Source of the DNA: a bacterium
Lineage (GTDB): Bacteria; CLD3
Length of the DNA stretch: 62,545 nt
Direction: 5' to 3'
Assembly: GCA_020850775.1 (NCBI GenBank)
Contig: JADZEA010000034.1
Location: 1-62,545, forward strand
The notes below the pieces were generated by a model. The model saw nothing but the letters and a program-made list of their open reading frames with translations. It made no database searches and was not told where the DNA came from. Below are positions 1 through 7,521 of this stretch, one piece after another. How positions within the stretch are numbered: the stretch's first letter is position 1; each line of letters opens with the position of its first letter. Both the position numbers and the translations under genes were made by a program.

Positions 1-218
1 AAATCAGCTTTACTTTGCCAAAAAACTCTTCGGCAAAACTGACAATTTTCAATCTTCTTGGTGAAGTTGTGAAAGAATTTTCGCTTGACACAGGTAAAAA
101 TTTTGTTGAGTGGAACGGCACAAACCAGTCGGAAAAACAAGTTTCGTCGGGAATTTATTTTTACAGGCTTCAAAGCGGCGATTTTTCCGAAACAAAAAAA
201 ATGCTTCTGCTAAGGTGA
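1..218 (+). CDS. C-terminal end of a secreted protein carrying a T9SS (Por) C-terminal sorting domain; the N-terminus lies outside the window
   Basis: Frame 3 is open from the window edge to the TGA at 216-218. The tail KLTIFNLLGEVVKEF...SGIYFYRLQSGDFSETKKMLLLR has the beta-strand pattern typical of T9SS CTDs and resembles the tail of CDS 34095..35006. Confidence 0.75.
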   Translation, partial: ISFTLPKNSSAKLTIFNLLGEVVKEFSLDTGKNFVEWNGTNQSEKQVSSGIYFYRLQSGDFSETKKMLLLR

Positions 219-274
219 TTTTTTTCTGTTGAAGCTGCACCTTTTTTGGTTAAAAATTTATTTCAAGGAAAGAA

Positions 275-664
275 ATGAAAGGTAAACTCCACCACGTTGA
301 GATTTACGTTGACGACTTAAACGAAAGTAAAAACTTTTGGGCTTGGTTTTTAGGTTGGCTTGGTTACGATGAATTTCAAACTTGGGAAAGCGGTTTTAGC
401 TTTATTTTTGATGGAACTTACTTGGTTTTTGTCCAAACTGAAAAGGAATTTTTAGAACCAAAATTTCACAGAAAACGCACAGGGCTTAACCATTTGGCAT
501 TTTTTGTAAACACACAAAAAGAAGTTGACGAGCTAAAAACTTTGCTTGAACAAAAAGAAGTGAAAATCCTCTACCAAAATCAACGCTTTTTTGGAGAAAA
601 TTACTACGCATTATTTTTTGAAGACCCAAACAGAATTAAAGTAGAAGTTGTTGCTAAAGAGTAG
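275..664 (+). CDS. VOC family protein (glyoxalase/bleomycin-resistance/dioxygenase fold)
   Basis: 129-aa ORF containing HHVEIYVDDL, GLNHLAFFV and FEDPNRIKVEV, a typical VOC-fold pattern. Confidence 0.8.
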   Translation: MKGKLHHVEIYVDDLNESKNFWAWFLGWLGYDEFQTWESGFSFIFDGTYLVFVQTEKEFLEPKFHRKRTGLNHLAFFVNTQKEVDELKTLLEQKEVKILYQNQRFFGENYYALFFEDPNRIKVEVVAKE

Positions 665-737
665 GTTTTTATTTTTTGCACGAAAAAAAGGAAGTAAAAT
701 GAGGTCGCTGGCGACAAAGTTCAGCAAGAAATTTACC

Positions 738-775
738 AAAAGGAAATCAGGTTAACTTGGCTGTAATTTCCTTTT
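738..775 (+). terminator. Possible weak terminator or stem-loop after the VOC gene
   Basis: A 10-bp inverted repeat, aaaaggaaat (738-747) and atttcctttt (766-775), with an 18-nt loop. The only U-tract is the one inside the stem. Confidence 0.3.
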
Positions 776-870
776 GATAAAAATTCCTAAAGTTTTAACT
801 TCAATCCTTAGAAACAAAAACTTAAATCTTAACGTTAAGCCAGTTTTTTTTACTTTGGAGAACTAAAAAT

Positions 871-1755
871 ATGATGCTTCTTTCAATAAAAAACCTTTCC
901 AAAACCTACACAAATGGTGTTCAGGCTCTAAAAGATGTTTCATTAAATATTCCAACAGGAATGTTTGGTTTGCTTGGTCCAAATGGCGCCGGAAAATCAA
1001 CTTTAATGAGAACGATTGCTACGCTGCAAGAACCGGACGCAGGAACTATCCATCTTTTTGGCGAACAAAGAATTGAAGTTATCAGGGAAAAAAACGAAGT
1101 GCGGAAAATTTTAGGTTACTTGCCTCAGGAATTTGGAGTTTACCCAAAAATTTCTGCTGAAGCTTTGCTTGACCATTTTGCAGTTTTAAAAGGCATTTCA
1201 AACAGAAAAGAACGAAAAGAAATTGTTGAGGCTTTGCTTGTTCAAACAAATCTTTACGAAAATCGCCAAAAAAATCTTGGCACTTTTTCAGGTGGAATGA
1301 AACAAAGGTTTGGAATCGCTCAGGCACTTCTCGGAAATCCAAAATTAATAATTGTTGACGAACCAACAGCAGGCTTGGACCCGGCAGAACGAAACAGATT
1401 TTTAAATTTACTTGCTGAAATCGGCGAAAACAGAATCGTGATTTTATCTACTCACATTGTTGAAGACGTTAGTAATTTGTGTAGCCAAATGGCAATTATT
1501 GCAAAAGGTGAGGTTTTGCTGACTTGCGAACCAATCAAAGCAATTGAAGAACTTAACGGGAAAATTTGGCAAAAAACTATCGCCAAAAATGAAATGAAAG
1601 ACTACCGGAATAATTTTACAGTGATTTCTTCAACACTTTTTGCAGGCGAAACAATCATTCACGTTTTTAGTGAAAATCAACCTGACGCTTCTTTTGAACA
1701 AGTTGTTCCTGACCTTGAAGACGTTTATTTTTCTACTTTATTAAAAGCTGCTTAG
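871..1755 (+). CDS. ABC transporter ATP-binding protein
   Basis: Walker A GPNGAGKST, signature FSGGMKQR and Walker B LIIVDEPTAGLD. It lies 11 nt upstream of the permease-fusion gene. Confidence 0.93.
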   Translation: MMLLSIKNLSKTYTNGVQALKDVSLNIPTGMFGLLGPNGAGKSTLMRTIATLQEPDAGTIHLFGEQRIEVIREKNEVRKILGYLPQEFGVYPKISAEALLDHFAVLKGISNRKERKEIVEALLVQTNLYENRQKNLGTFSGGMKQRFGIAQALLGNPKLIIVDEPTAGLDPAERNRFLNLLAEIGENRIVILSTHIVEDVSNLCSQMAIIAKGEVLLTCEPIKAIEELNGKIWQKTIAKNEMKDYRNNFTVISSTLFAGETIIHVFSENQPDASFEQVVPDLEDVYFSTLLKAA

Positions 1756-1766
1756 AGGAAAAAATA

Positions 1767-4700
1767 ATGTTTCTGCAAATTTTTCTGTTTGAACTGAAGC
1801 TAAAACTAAAACAAGCCAATTTTTGGGTTTTTACTTTGATGTTTTTGCTTCTGACCTTTGGTGCAATTTCTACAGATTCAATAAAAATTGGTGGTTCAAT
1901 TGGAAGTGTTTTCAAAAACTCACCTTTTGTAATCACTCAAATGCTTACAATTATGACTGTTGTTGGCGTTTTTGTAATCAATACTTTTGTTGCAAATTCA
2001 ATTGTCAGGGATTTTGAACTTGAAACTTACTCAACCTTCTTCACAACACCAATCAAAAAATTTGATTACCTTTTTGGTCGTTTTTCAGCTTCGTTTCTGG
2101 TTGCATTTTTAGTTTTTGTCGGTTGTGCTTTGGGAATTTTGATTGGAAGTTTTATGCCTTGGCAAGAACCTGAAAGAATTGCAGGTTTTGATTTTAGTTA
2201 CTACGTTAACACTCTGTTTGTTTTCGTTTTGCCAAACGTGTTTTTTATGGGAAGCGTGTTTTTTACACTCGCAACACTCACCCGAAGTTCGCTCTACTCA
2301 AACATTGGTGTGATTGTATTTTTTATGGCTTTTGTGGTTTCATCGGTTTTTTTAGAAGACCTTGACAACCAATTTTTAGCTGCTTTACTTGACCCTTTCG
2401 GGATTGGTGCGTTTACTTACGCAACAAAATATTGGACAATCATTGAAAAAAACACACAAAATATTTTGCCTTCCGGTGTCGTCTTGCTAAACAGACTTTT
2501 TTGGACTTCCGTCTCGCTTCTGACTTTGGTTTTAGCGTTTTTCAGGTTTGAACTCGCAATGCCAAAAATCAAAACCAAACGCAACAGGAAAAACTCACAC
2601 GAAAACGGAACTTTACCCGTTTCACTGACAATCCCGAAAGTTTCGCAAAATTTTTCCGGCTGGCTCTCACTCAGTCAGCTTTTAACTCAGGTAAAAATTG
2701 AGTTTATCGGAACAGTAAAAAGCGTTCCGTTTTTAATTATGACTATTTTTGGTGTGTTAAACTTCCTGATTGGTTCAGCTTTTGGCAATGAATTTTACGG
2801 AACTCCCGTTTACCCTGTAACAAAAATGATGCTCAAAACTGTTGAAAACAACTTTTTCCTTTTCATTTTTATCATCTTAACTTTTTACTCAGGTGAGCTT
2901 GTTTGGAAAGAACGAACACTGAAAGTTGACAAAACTTACGACGCTTTTCCTGTTCCTGACTGGTTGCCTTTTGCCTCAAAAATCCTCTCTCTCGTTCTGA
3001 CCGTCGCCTTTTTGCTTTTAGTTGTAACGCTTTCTTCTGTCGGTTTCCAAACTTACAAAGGTTACTACAATTTTGAGTTTGAACTTTACCTGAAAACTCT
3101 TTTTCTGAAAAACCTTGTTACTTTTACTTTAATCTCGGTTTTTGCCTTCTTCGTTCACGTCCTTTTTAACAACAAATTTTTAGGTTACGCGATTGTTGTG
3201 CTTTACTTCATCAGTGAAATTGTTTTGGAAGCGATGGACTACGACCATAAACTTTATCAATTCGCAGGAACTCCGCAAACAATTTATTCAGACATCAACG
3301 GTTACGGACACTTTGTTGAACCAACTGTCTGGTTTAATGTTTACTGGGGTTTTTTTGCAATTATTTTGCTTGTTTTAGCAAAAGTTTTTTGGGTTCGCGG
3401 AACTGAAACAGGTTTCAGAGACAGGTTAAAACTTGCCGAAAGCCGCTTCACTGTTGCAAGTAAATCTTTGTTTTGGTTAGGTTTGGCTGGTTTTTTTGTA
3501 ACCGGAAGCTGGATTTTTTACAACACAAACATTCTGAACGACTACAAAACAGAAGACGACGACAACAAAACTCAGGCTCAGTACGAAAAACTCTACAAAA
3601 AATACGAAAAATTACCTCAACCAAAAATCACAGACGTTAATTGTAGTGTTGATATTTTTCCAAAGGAAAGGAATTTGAGGATAAAAGGTTTTTACCTGCT
3701 GAAAAACAAAACTGAAACAGCGGTTGATTGTGTTCACGTTTTGCTGAACGACGCTCTAAAAATCAACAAACTTGAGTTTCCACAAGGTGAACTTGTTTTG
3801 CAAGACAGTTTGCAAGGTTACTACATTTTTAAACTTGCTCAGGCTTTGCAACCACAGGACACAACAAAACTTGAGTTTGATTTGTCTTACGTAACGAAAG
3901 GTTTTGTAACGAGCCGTTCAAACCTGCAAATCGTGAACAACGGGACTTTTTTCAATAATTTTCAGTTTTTTCCACACATTGGCTACACAGCTGAAAACGA
4001 ACTTCACGACAAAAACGAACGCAAAAAACAAGGTTTGCCTGAACGTGCAAGAATGCCAAAAGTTGACGACGAGCTTGCACGAAAAGAAACTTACCTGACT
4101 AATGATTCAGACTGGATAAATTTTGAAACGATAGTTTCAACAAGCACTGACCAGGTTGCAATTGCTCCGGGTTACTTGCAAAAGGAATGGGTTGAAAATG
4201 AAAGACGATACTTTCACTACAAAATGGACGCACCGATTTTGAATTTTTACTCGTTTCTTTCTGGAAATTATCAAGTTTACAAAGACAAGTGGAACGATGT
4301 AAACATTGAAATTTTTTACAACGAAAAACACAGTTACAACATTGAAAAAATGGTTAAAGGAATTAAAGGTTCGCTTGCTTACTACACAAAAAACTTCAGT
4401 CCGTACCAACACAGGCAAGTCAGAATCATTGAATTTCCTGCTTACGCAAAGTTTGCACAGTCTTTTCCGAACACGATTCCGTACTCTGAAAGTCTTGGAT
4501 TTATTGCAAGGCTTGAAGACGAGAAAGAGATTGATTACGTTTTTTACGTAACGGCACACGAAGTAGCTCACCAGTGGTGGGCACACCAAACCATCGGCGG
4601 AAACGTTCAGGGTTCAACAGTGATGTCTGAAACGATGTCTCAGTACTCTGCTTTGATGGTTATGGAAAAAGAGTATGGAAAAGATAAAATTAAAAAATTT

Positions 4701-5327
4701 TTGAAGCACGAACTTGACCGTTACCTGAAGGGAAGAGGTAGCGAACTTGAAGAGGAATTACCTTTACTGACTTGTGAAAACCAGCCTTACATTCACTACA
4801 ACAAAGGAAGCCTCGTGATGTACGCGTTACGTGATTACGTTGGTGAGGATTCGTTGAACTCTGCTTTGAGAAGCTACCTGAAAGCCACTTCTTTTCAAAA
4901 TCCGCCTTACACGAACTCGCTTGAATTTTTCAGTTACGTTGAAAAAGCTGTTCCCGATTCGTTAAAATATTTACTTGGCGACCTTTTCCAAACGATTACG
5001 CTTTTTGAGAACAAAACTACAAAAGCAGTTTGTTCAAAAACAGCTGACGGAAGGTTTTTGGTAAAACTTGAGATTGAAACCAAGAAATTGCGGGCAAGTG
5101 AAAAAGGTGTTGAGACAGAAATCCCGATTGATGATTACGTTGACATCGGAATTTTAGGCGAAAACGACAAGGAACTTTACCTTCTCAAACACAAAATTAA
5201 CAAGCAAAAAATTGAGTTTGAAATTGTTGTTGGCGAGCTTCCCAAAAAAGCAGGAATTGACCCGTACGTAAAATTAGTTGACCGAAACTCCGACGACAAC
5301 CTGAAAAACGTGGAGGAAAATTTTTGA
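1767..5327 (+). CDS. ABC-2-type permease fused to an M1-family (gluzincin) peptidase domain
   Basis: 1186-aa ORF. The first ~590 aa contain about 13 hydrophobic segments. The C-terminal ~600 aa carry HEVAHQWW followed by a downstream Glu, an HEXXH...E zinc site. Confidence 0.85.
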   Translation: MFLQIFLFELKLKLKQANFWVFTLMFLLLTFGAISTDSIKIGGSIGSVFKNSPFVITQMLTIMTVVGVFVINTFVANSIVRDFELETYSTFFTTPIKKFDYLFGRFSASFLVAFLVFVGCALGILIGSFMPWQEPERIAGFDFSYYVNTLFVFVLPNVFFMGSVFFTLATLTRSSLYSNIGVIVFFMAFVVSSVFLEDLDNQFLAALLDPFGIGAFTYATKYWTIIEKNTQNILPSGVVLLNRLFWTSVSLLTLVLAFFRFELAMPKIKTKRNRKNSHENGTLPVSLTIPKVSQNFSGWLSLSQLLTQVKIEFIGTVKSVPFLIMTIFGVLNFLIGSAFGNEFYGTPVYPVTKMMLKTVENNFFLFIFIILTFYSGELVWKERTLKVDKTYDAFPVPDWLPFASKILSLVLTVAFLLLVVTLSSVGFQTYKGYYNFEFELYLKTLFLKNLVTFTLISVFAFFVHVLFNNKFLGYAIVVLYFISEIVLEAMDYDHKLYQFAGTPQTIYSDINGYGHFVEPTVWFNVYWGFFAIILLVLAKVFWVRGTETGFRDRLKLAESRFTVASKSLFWLGLAGFFVTGSWIFYNTNILNDYKTEDDDNKTQAQYEKLYKKYEKLPQPKITDVNCSVDIFPKERNLRIKGFYLLKNKTETAVDCVHVLLNDALKINKLEFPQGELVLQDSLQGYYIFKLAQALQPQDTTKLEFDLSYVTKGFVTSRSNLQIVNNGTFFNNFQFFPHIGYTAENELHDKNERKKQGLPERARMPKVDDELARKETYLTNDSDWINFETIVSTSTDQVAIAPGYLQKEWVENERRYFHYKMDAPILNFYSFLSGNYQVYKDKWNDVNIEIFYNEKHSYNIEKMVKGIKGSLAYYTKNFSPYQHRQVRIIEFPAYAKFAQSFPNTIPYSESLGFIARLEDEKEIDYVFYVTAHEVAHQWWAHQTIGGNVQGSTVMSETMSQYSALMVMEKEYGKDKIKKFLKHELDRYLKGRGSELEEELPLLTCENQPYIHYNKGSLVMYALRDYVGEDSLNSALRSYLKATSFQNPPYTNSLEFFSYVEKAVPDSLKYLLGDLFQTITLFENKTTKAVCSKTADGRFLVKLEIETKKLRASEKGVETEIPIDDYVDIGILGENDKELYLLKHKINKQKIEFEIVVGELPKKAGIDPYVKLVDRNSDDNLKNVEENF
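5284..5327. repeat. Direct repeat copy 1 (44 bp), the last 44 nt of CDS 1767..5327 including its stop
   Basis: gaaactccgacgacaacctgaaaaacgtggaggaaaatttttga is identical base for base to 6159..6202. Confidence 0.95.
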
Positions 5328-5361
5328 GTTGGAGACACGGCTAAAAATCTGCAAAAATTTA

Positions 5362-5407
5362 TTGACTAATCTTTGTTGACGAACTAAATTTAATTTAGTT
5401 AATTAAC
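5362..5407 (+). promoter_or_regulatory. Promoter-like element overlapping palindromes, upstream of the NYN gene
   Basis: TTGACT (5362-5367), a 17-nt spacer, then TAAATT (5385-5390). A 9+1+9 palindrome aactaaatt-t-aatttagtt spans 5382-5400, and a 10-bp palindrome gttaattaac spans 5398-5407. Confidence 0.3.
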
Positions 5408-5411
5408 TACC

Positions 5412-5463
5412 CTTTTGGTTTCGACCAAAGGTACAAGGTCACTTCGGTGACCTTTGTTTTTTT
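5412..5463 (+). terminator. Twin UUCG-tetraloop hairpins, the second followed by a T-run (intrinsic terminator-like)
   Basis: Hairpin 1 is ccttttggt-ttcg-accaaagg (5412-5431, one bulged t). Hairpin 2 is aaggtcac-ttcg-gtgacctt (5435-5454) followed by tgttttttt. Confidence 0.55.
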
Positions 5464-5480
5464 ATCCAAAACCGATTTCT

Positions 5481-6104
5481 ATGAGAACTTTTATCTATGT
5501 TGATGGTTTTAATTTTTACTACAGAGCGATAAAAAATACTCCTTACAAGTGGTTAGATTTTATGTCTCTTTTTAAAAAATTACTTAATGAAAACAATGAA
5601 ATCACAAAAATAAAGTATTTTACTGCTCGTGTTTCAGGTAAGCAAAATAGTAAAAAACCAATAAAACAAGGAACTTATCTTAGAGCATTGGAATCATTTA
5701 TTCCTGAAATTAAAATTTACTACGGACATTTTTTGACTCACGAAATTAACGCTACTTTAGTTACTCCAATAAACAATCAAAAAACAGTAAAAATTATTAA
5801 AACAGAAGAAAAAGGCTCTGATGTTAACATTGCTGTTCATTTATTAAATGACGCTTGGTTGAATAAATACGATTGTGCTGTGATTGTTTCTAACGATAGT
5901 GATTTAGCAGAAGCTATGCGACTTGTAAAAGAACACCACAAAGATAAAATTCTTGGCTTACTAATTCCAGGTAAAACTCACCCGTCAAAGGAACTTATCA
6001 AACACTCTGATTTTGTTAAACAAATCAGGAATGCTGTTTTAGAAAACTCTCAACTACCTAATCCTATTCCTAACTCTAACATTCATAAACCAATTGATTG
6101 GTAA
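5481..6104 (+). CDS. NYN domain-containing protein (PIN-like/LabA-like predicted nuclease)
   Basis: MRTFIYVDGFNFYY, KGSDVNIAVHLLNDA and AVIVSNDSDL match the acidic-residue pattern of NYN domains. I prefer the ATG at 5481 because the TTG at 5454 lies inside the upstream hairpin. Confidence 0.85.
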   Translation: MRTFIYVDGFNFYYRAIKNTPYKWLDFMSLFKKLLNENNEITKIKYFTARVSGKQNSKKPIKQGTYLRALESFIPEIKIYYGHFLTHEINATLVTPINNQKTVKIIKTEEKGSDVNIAVHLLNDAWLNKYDCAVIVSNDSDLAEAMRLVKEHHKDKILGLLIPGKTHPSKELIKHSDFVKQIRNAVLENSQLPNPIPNSNIHKPIDW

Positions 6105-6158
6105 AAATTTTATTAACCATAATTTATGAAGAACAATTCTGTATTTTTTAAATCGGCA

Positions 6159-6202
6159 GAAACTCCGACGACAACCTGAAAAACGTGGAGGAAAATTTTT
6201 GA
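6159..6202. repeat. Direct repeat copy 2 (44 bp), intergenic
   Basis: Identical to 5284..5327. The flanking bases differ on both sides (c versus a upstream, g versus a downstream). Confidence 0.95.
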
Positions 6203-6207
6203 ATTGT

Positions 6208-6287
6208 AAGATTTTCGTTAATTTACTTTTAGCCTTGAAAGTAAAATAAGATTTTCGTTAATTTACTTTTAGCCTTGAAACTAAAAT
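6208..6287. repeat. Tandem direct repeat, 2 x 40 bp, ending 11 nt upstream of the fic start codon
   Basis: aagattttcgttaatttacttttagccttgaaaGtaaaat is followed by the same unit with a single G-to-C change (6241 versus 6281). Unit 1 contains the inverted repeat tttacttt-N8-aaagtaaa, which the change disrupts in unit 2. Confidence 0.95.
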
Positions 6288-6298
6288 AAAAGGAGAAA

Positions 6299-7441
6299 AT
6301 GGAATTAGAAAAATTTAAAGCAGGACACTTTGAAAAAGGTGCAGGTTACTCTTACTTTGTTCCTCAAAAAATAAATCAACAATGGGTTTGGTCGGATGCA
6401 GAATTAAACTTCTTACTTGAAAAAGCATCAATAAAATTAGGCGAACTAAATGTTTTTTCTGGTATTGTGCCAAACATAGATTTGTTTATCCAGATGCTTG
6501 TTACCAACGAAAGTACCCTTTCAAGTAAAATTGAAGGAACAAACACTGACCTGGAAGATGCTTTTTTACCTGAAGAGGAAATAAATCCTGAGAAAAAGTT
6601 AGATTGGCGTGAAGTAAAAAACTACACTGACGCACTGAACAATGCAATTAAAGAATTAGAAAACTTACCTCTTTCAACAAGGCTTCTGAAACAAGCCCAT
6701 CTTATTCTTTTGCAGGGAGTCAGGGGCGAAAACAAACTTCCCGGCGAATTTCGGACAAGCCAAAACTGGATTGGTGGTTCTTCCATTTCCAATGCTGCTT
6801 TTATTCCTCCTTCACACACTTACGTAAACGATTTAGTTGGCGACCTTGAAAACTTTTTGCACAATGAAAAAATTCAAGTTCCTGATTTAATTAAAATTGG
6901 AATTGCTCACTACCAGTTTGAAACGATTCATCCTTTTTTGGATGGAAACGGAAGAATCGGACGTTTGCTGATTACTCTTTACCTTGTCAGTAAAAAAATT
7001 ATGAAAGCTCCTTTGCTTTACCTTTCAGCTTTTTTTGAAAAAGATAAAAACTTGTACTACGAAAGTCTTACACGTGTCAGAGAAAAAAACGATTTGCTTA
7101 ACTGGCTAAAATATTTTTTAACAGGAATTGAACAAATCGCTTCTAACTCTGCAGAAACTCTTGGAAAAGTGTCAGTGCTTCAAAAAAACTTAGAAAAAAA
7201 ACTAACTGAAAATTCAGGCAGGCGAACTCAAAGTGCTTTGAAACTTTTAAATTACTCTTTTAAAAAACCAATTGTCCAGGTCAAAGAAGTCCAAACTGTT
7301 TGCGAATTAAGCCCAAAAGCTGCTAACGACCTCGTGTTTTTTTTTGTTGAAAATAAAATTCTTGCAGAAGTGAAAGGACAAAGACGAAACCGGCTTTTCT
7401 TTTTTGCTGACTACCTGAAACTTTTTAAAAGTTACTCTTAA
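6299..7441 (+). CDS. Fic family protein (predicted AMPylase) with an N-terminal inhibitory-helix motif and a C-terminal wHTH-like region
   Basis: Fic core motif HPFLDGNGRIGR. An N-terminal SSKIEG matches (S/T)xxxE(G/N). The SD aaggag lies 5 nt before the ATG. Confidence 0.92.
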   Translation: MELEKFKAGHFEKGAGYSYFVPQKINQQWVWSDAELNFLLEKASIKLGELNVFSGIVPNIDLFIQMLVTNESTLSSKIEGTNTDLEDAFLPEEEINPEKKLDWREVKNYTDALNNAIKELENLPLSTRLLKQAHLILLQGVRGENKLPGEFRTSQNWIGGSSISNAAFIPPSHTYVNDLVGDLENFLHNEKIQVPDLIKIGIAHYQFETIHPFLDGNGRIGRLLITLYLVSKKIMKAPLLYLSAFFEKDKNLYYESLTRVREKNDLLNWLKYFLTGIEQIASNSAETLGKVSVLQKNLEKKLTENSGRRTQSALKLLNYSFKKPIVQVKEVQTVCELSPKAANDLVFFFVENKILAEVKGQRRNRLFFFADYLKLFKSYS

Positions 7442-7521
7442 CCTCGGTTTCTCTCCTGAAATTAATTTTAAAAACCCGCTTTTCATTCTTAACTTTACAG
7501 CAAAAAAAGAAAGGCTTTTAA

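Noticed and set aside
699-755. 18-codon basic small ORF (MRSLATKFSKKFTKRKSG) with an AAGGAAG site upstream, in the VOC-ABC intergenic region
   Set aside because: It is too short and compositionally trivial to support without conservation or expression data. The region is better described as non-coding with a stem-loop at 738..775.
828-850. 12-bp perfect palindrome CTTAACGTTAAG followed by a T-run, considered as a terminator
   Set aside because: A loop-less 12-bp palindrome can form only a stem of about 4 bp, too weak for an intrinsic terminator. It could be a protein-binding site 32 nt upstream of the ABC operon, but I have no support for that.
5454-5480. Upstream starts that lengthen ORFs: TTG 5454 for the NYN gene, TTG 49094 for crp/fnr, and ATG 30310 for the RseC-like gene
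   Set aside because: The TTG at 5454 is buried in the terminator-like hairpin, and the NYN domain begins at MRTFIYVDG. The ATG at 49136 follows GGAGG, and the extension has no homology-like content. The ATG at 30310 would overlap the mscS-like gene by 74 nt, whereas the ATG at 30232 gives a 4-nt gap.
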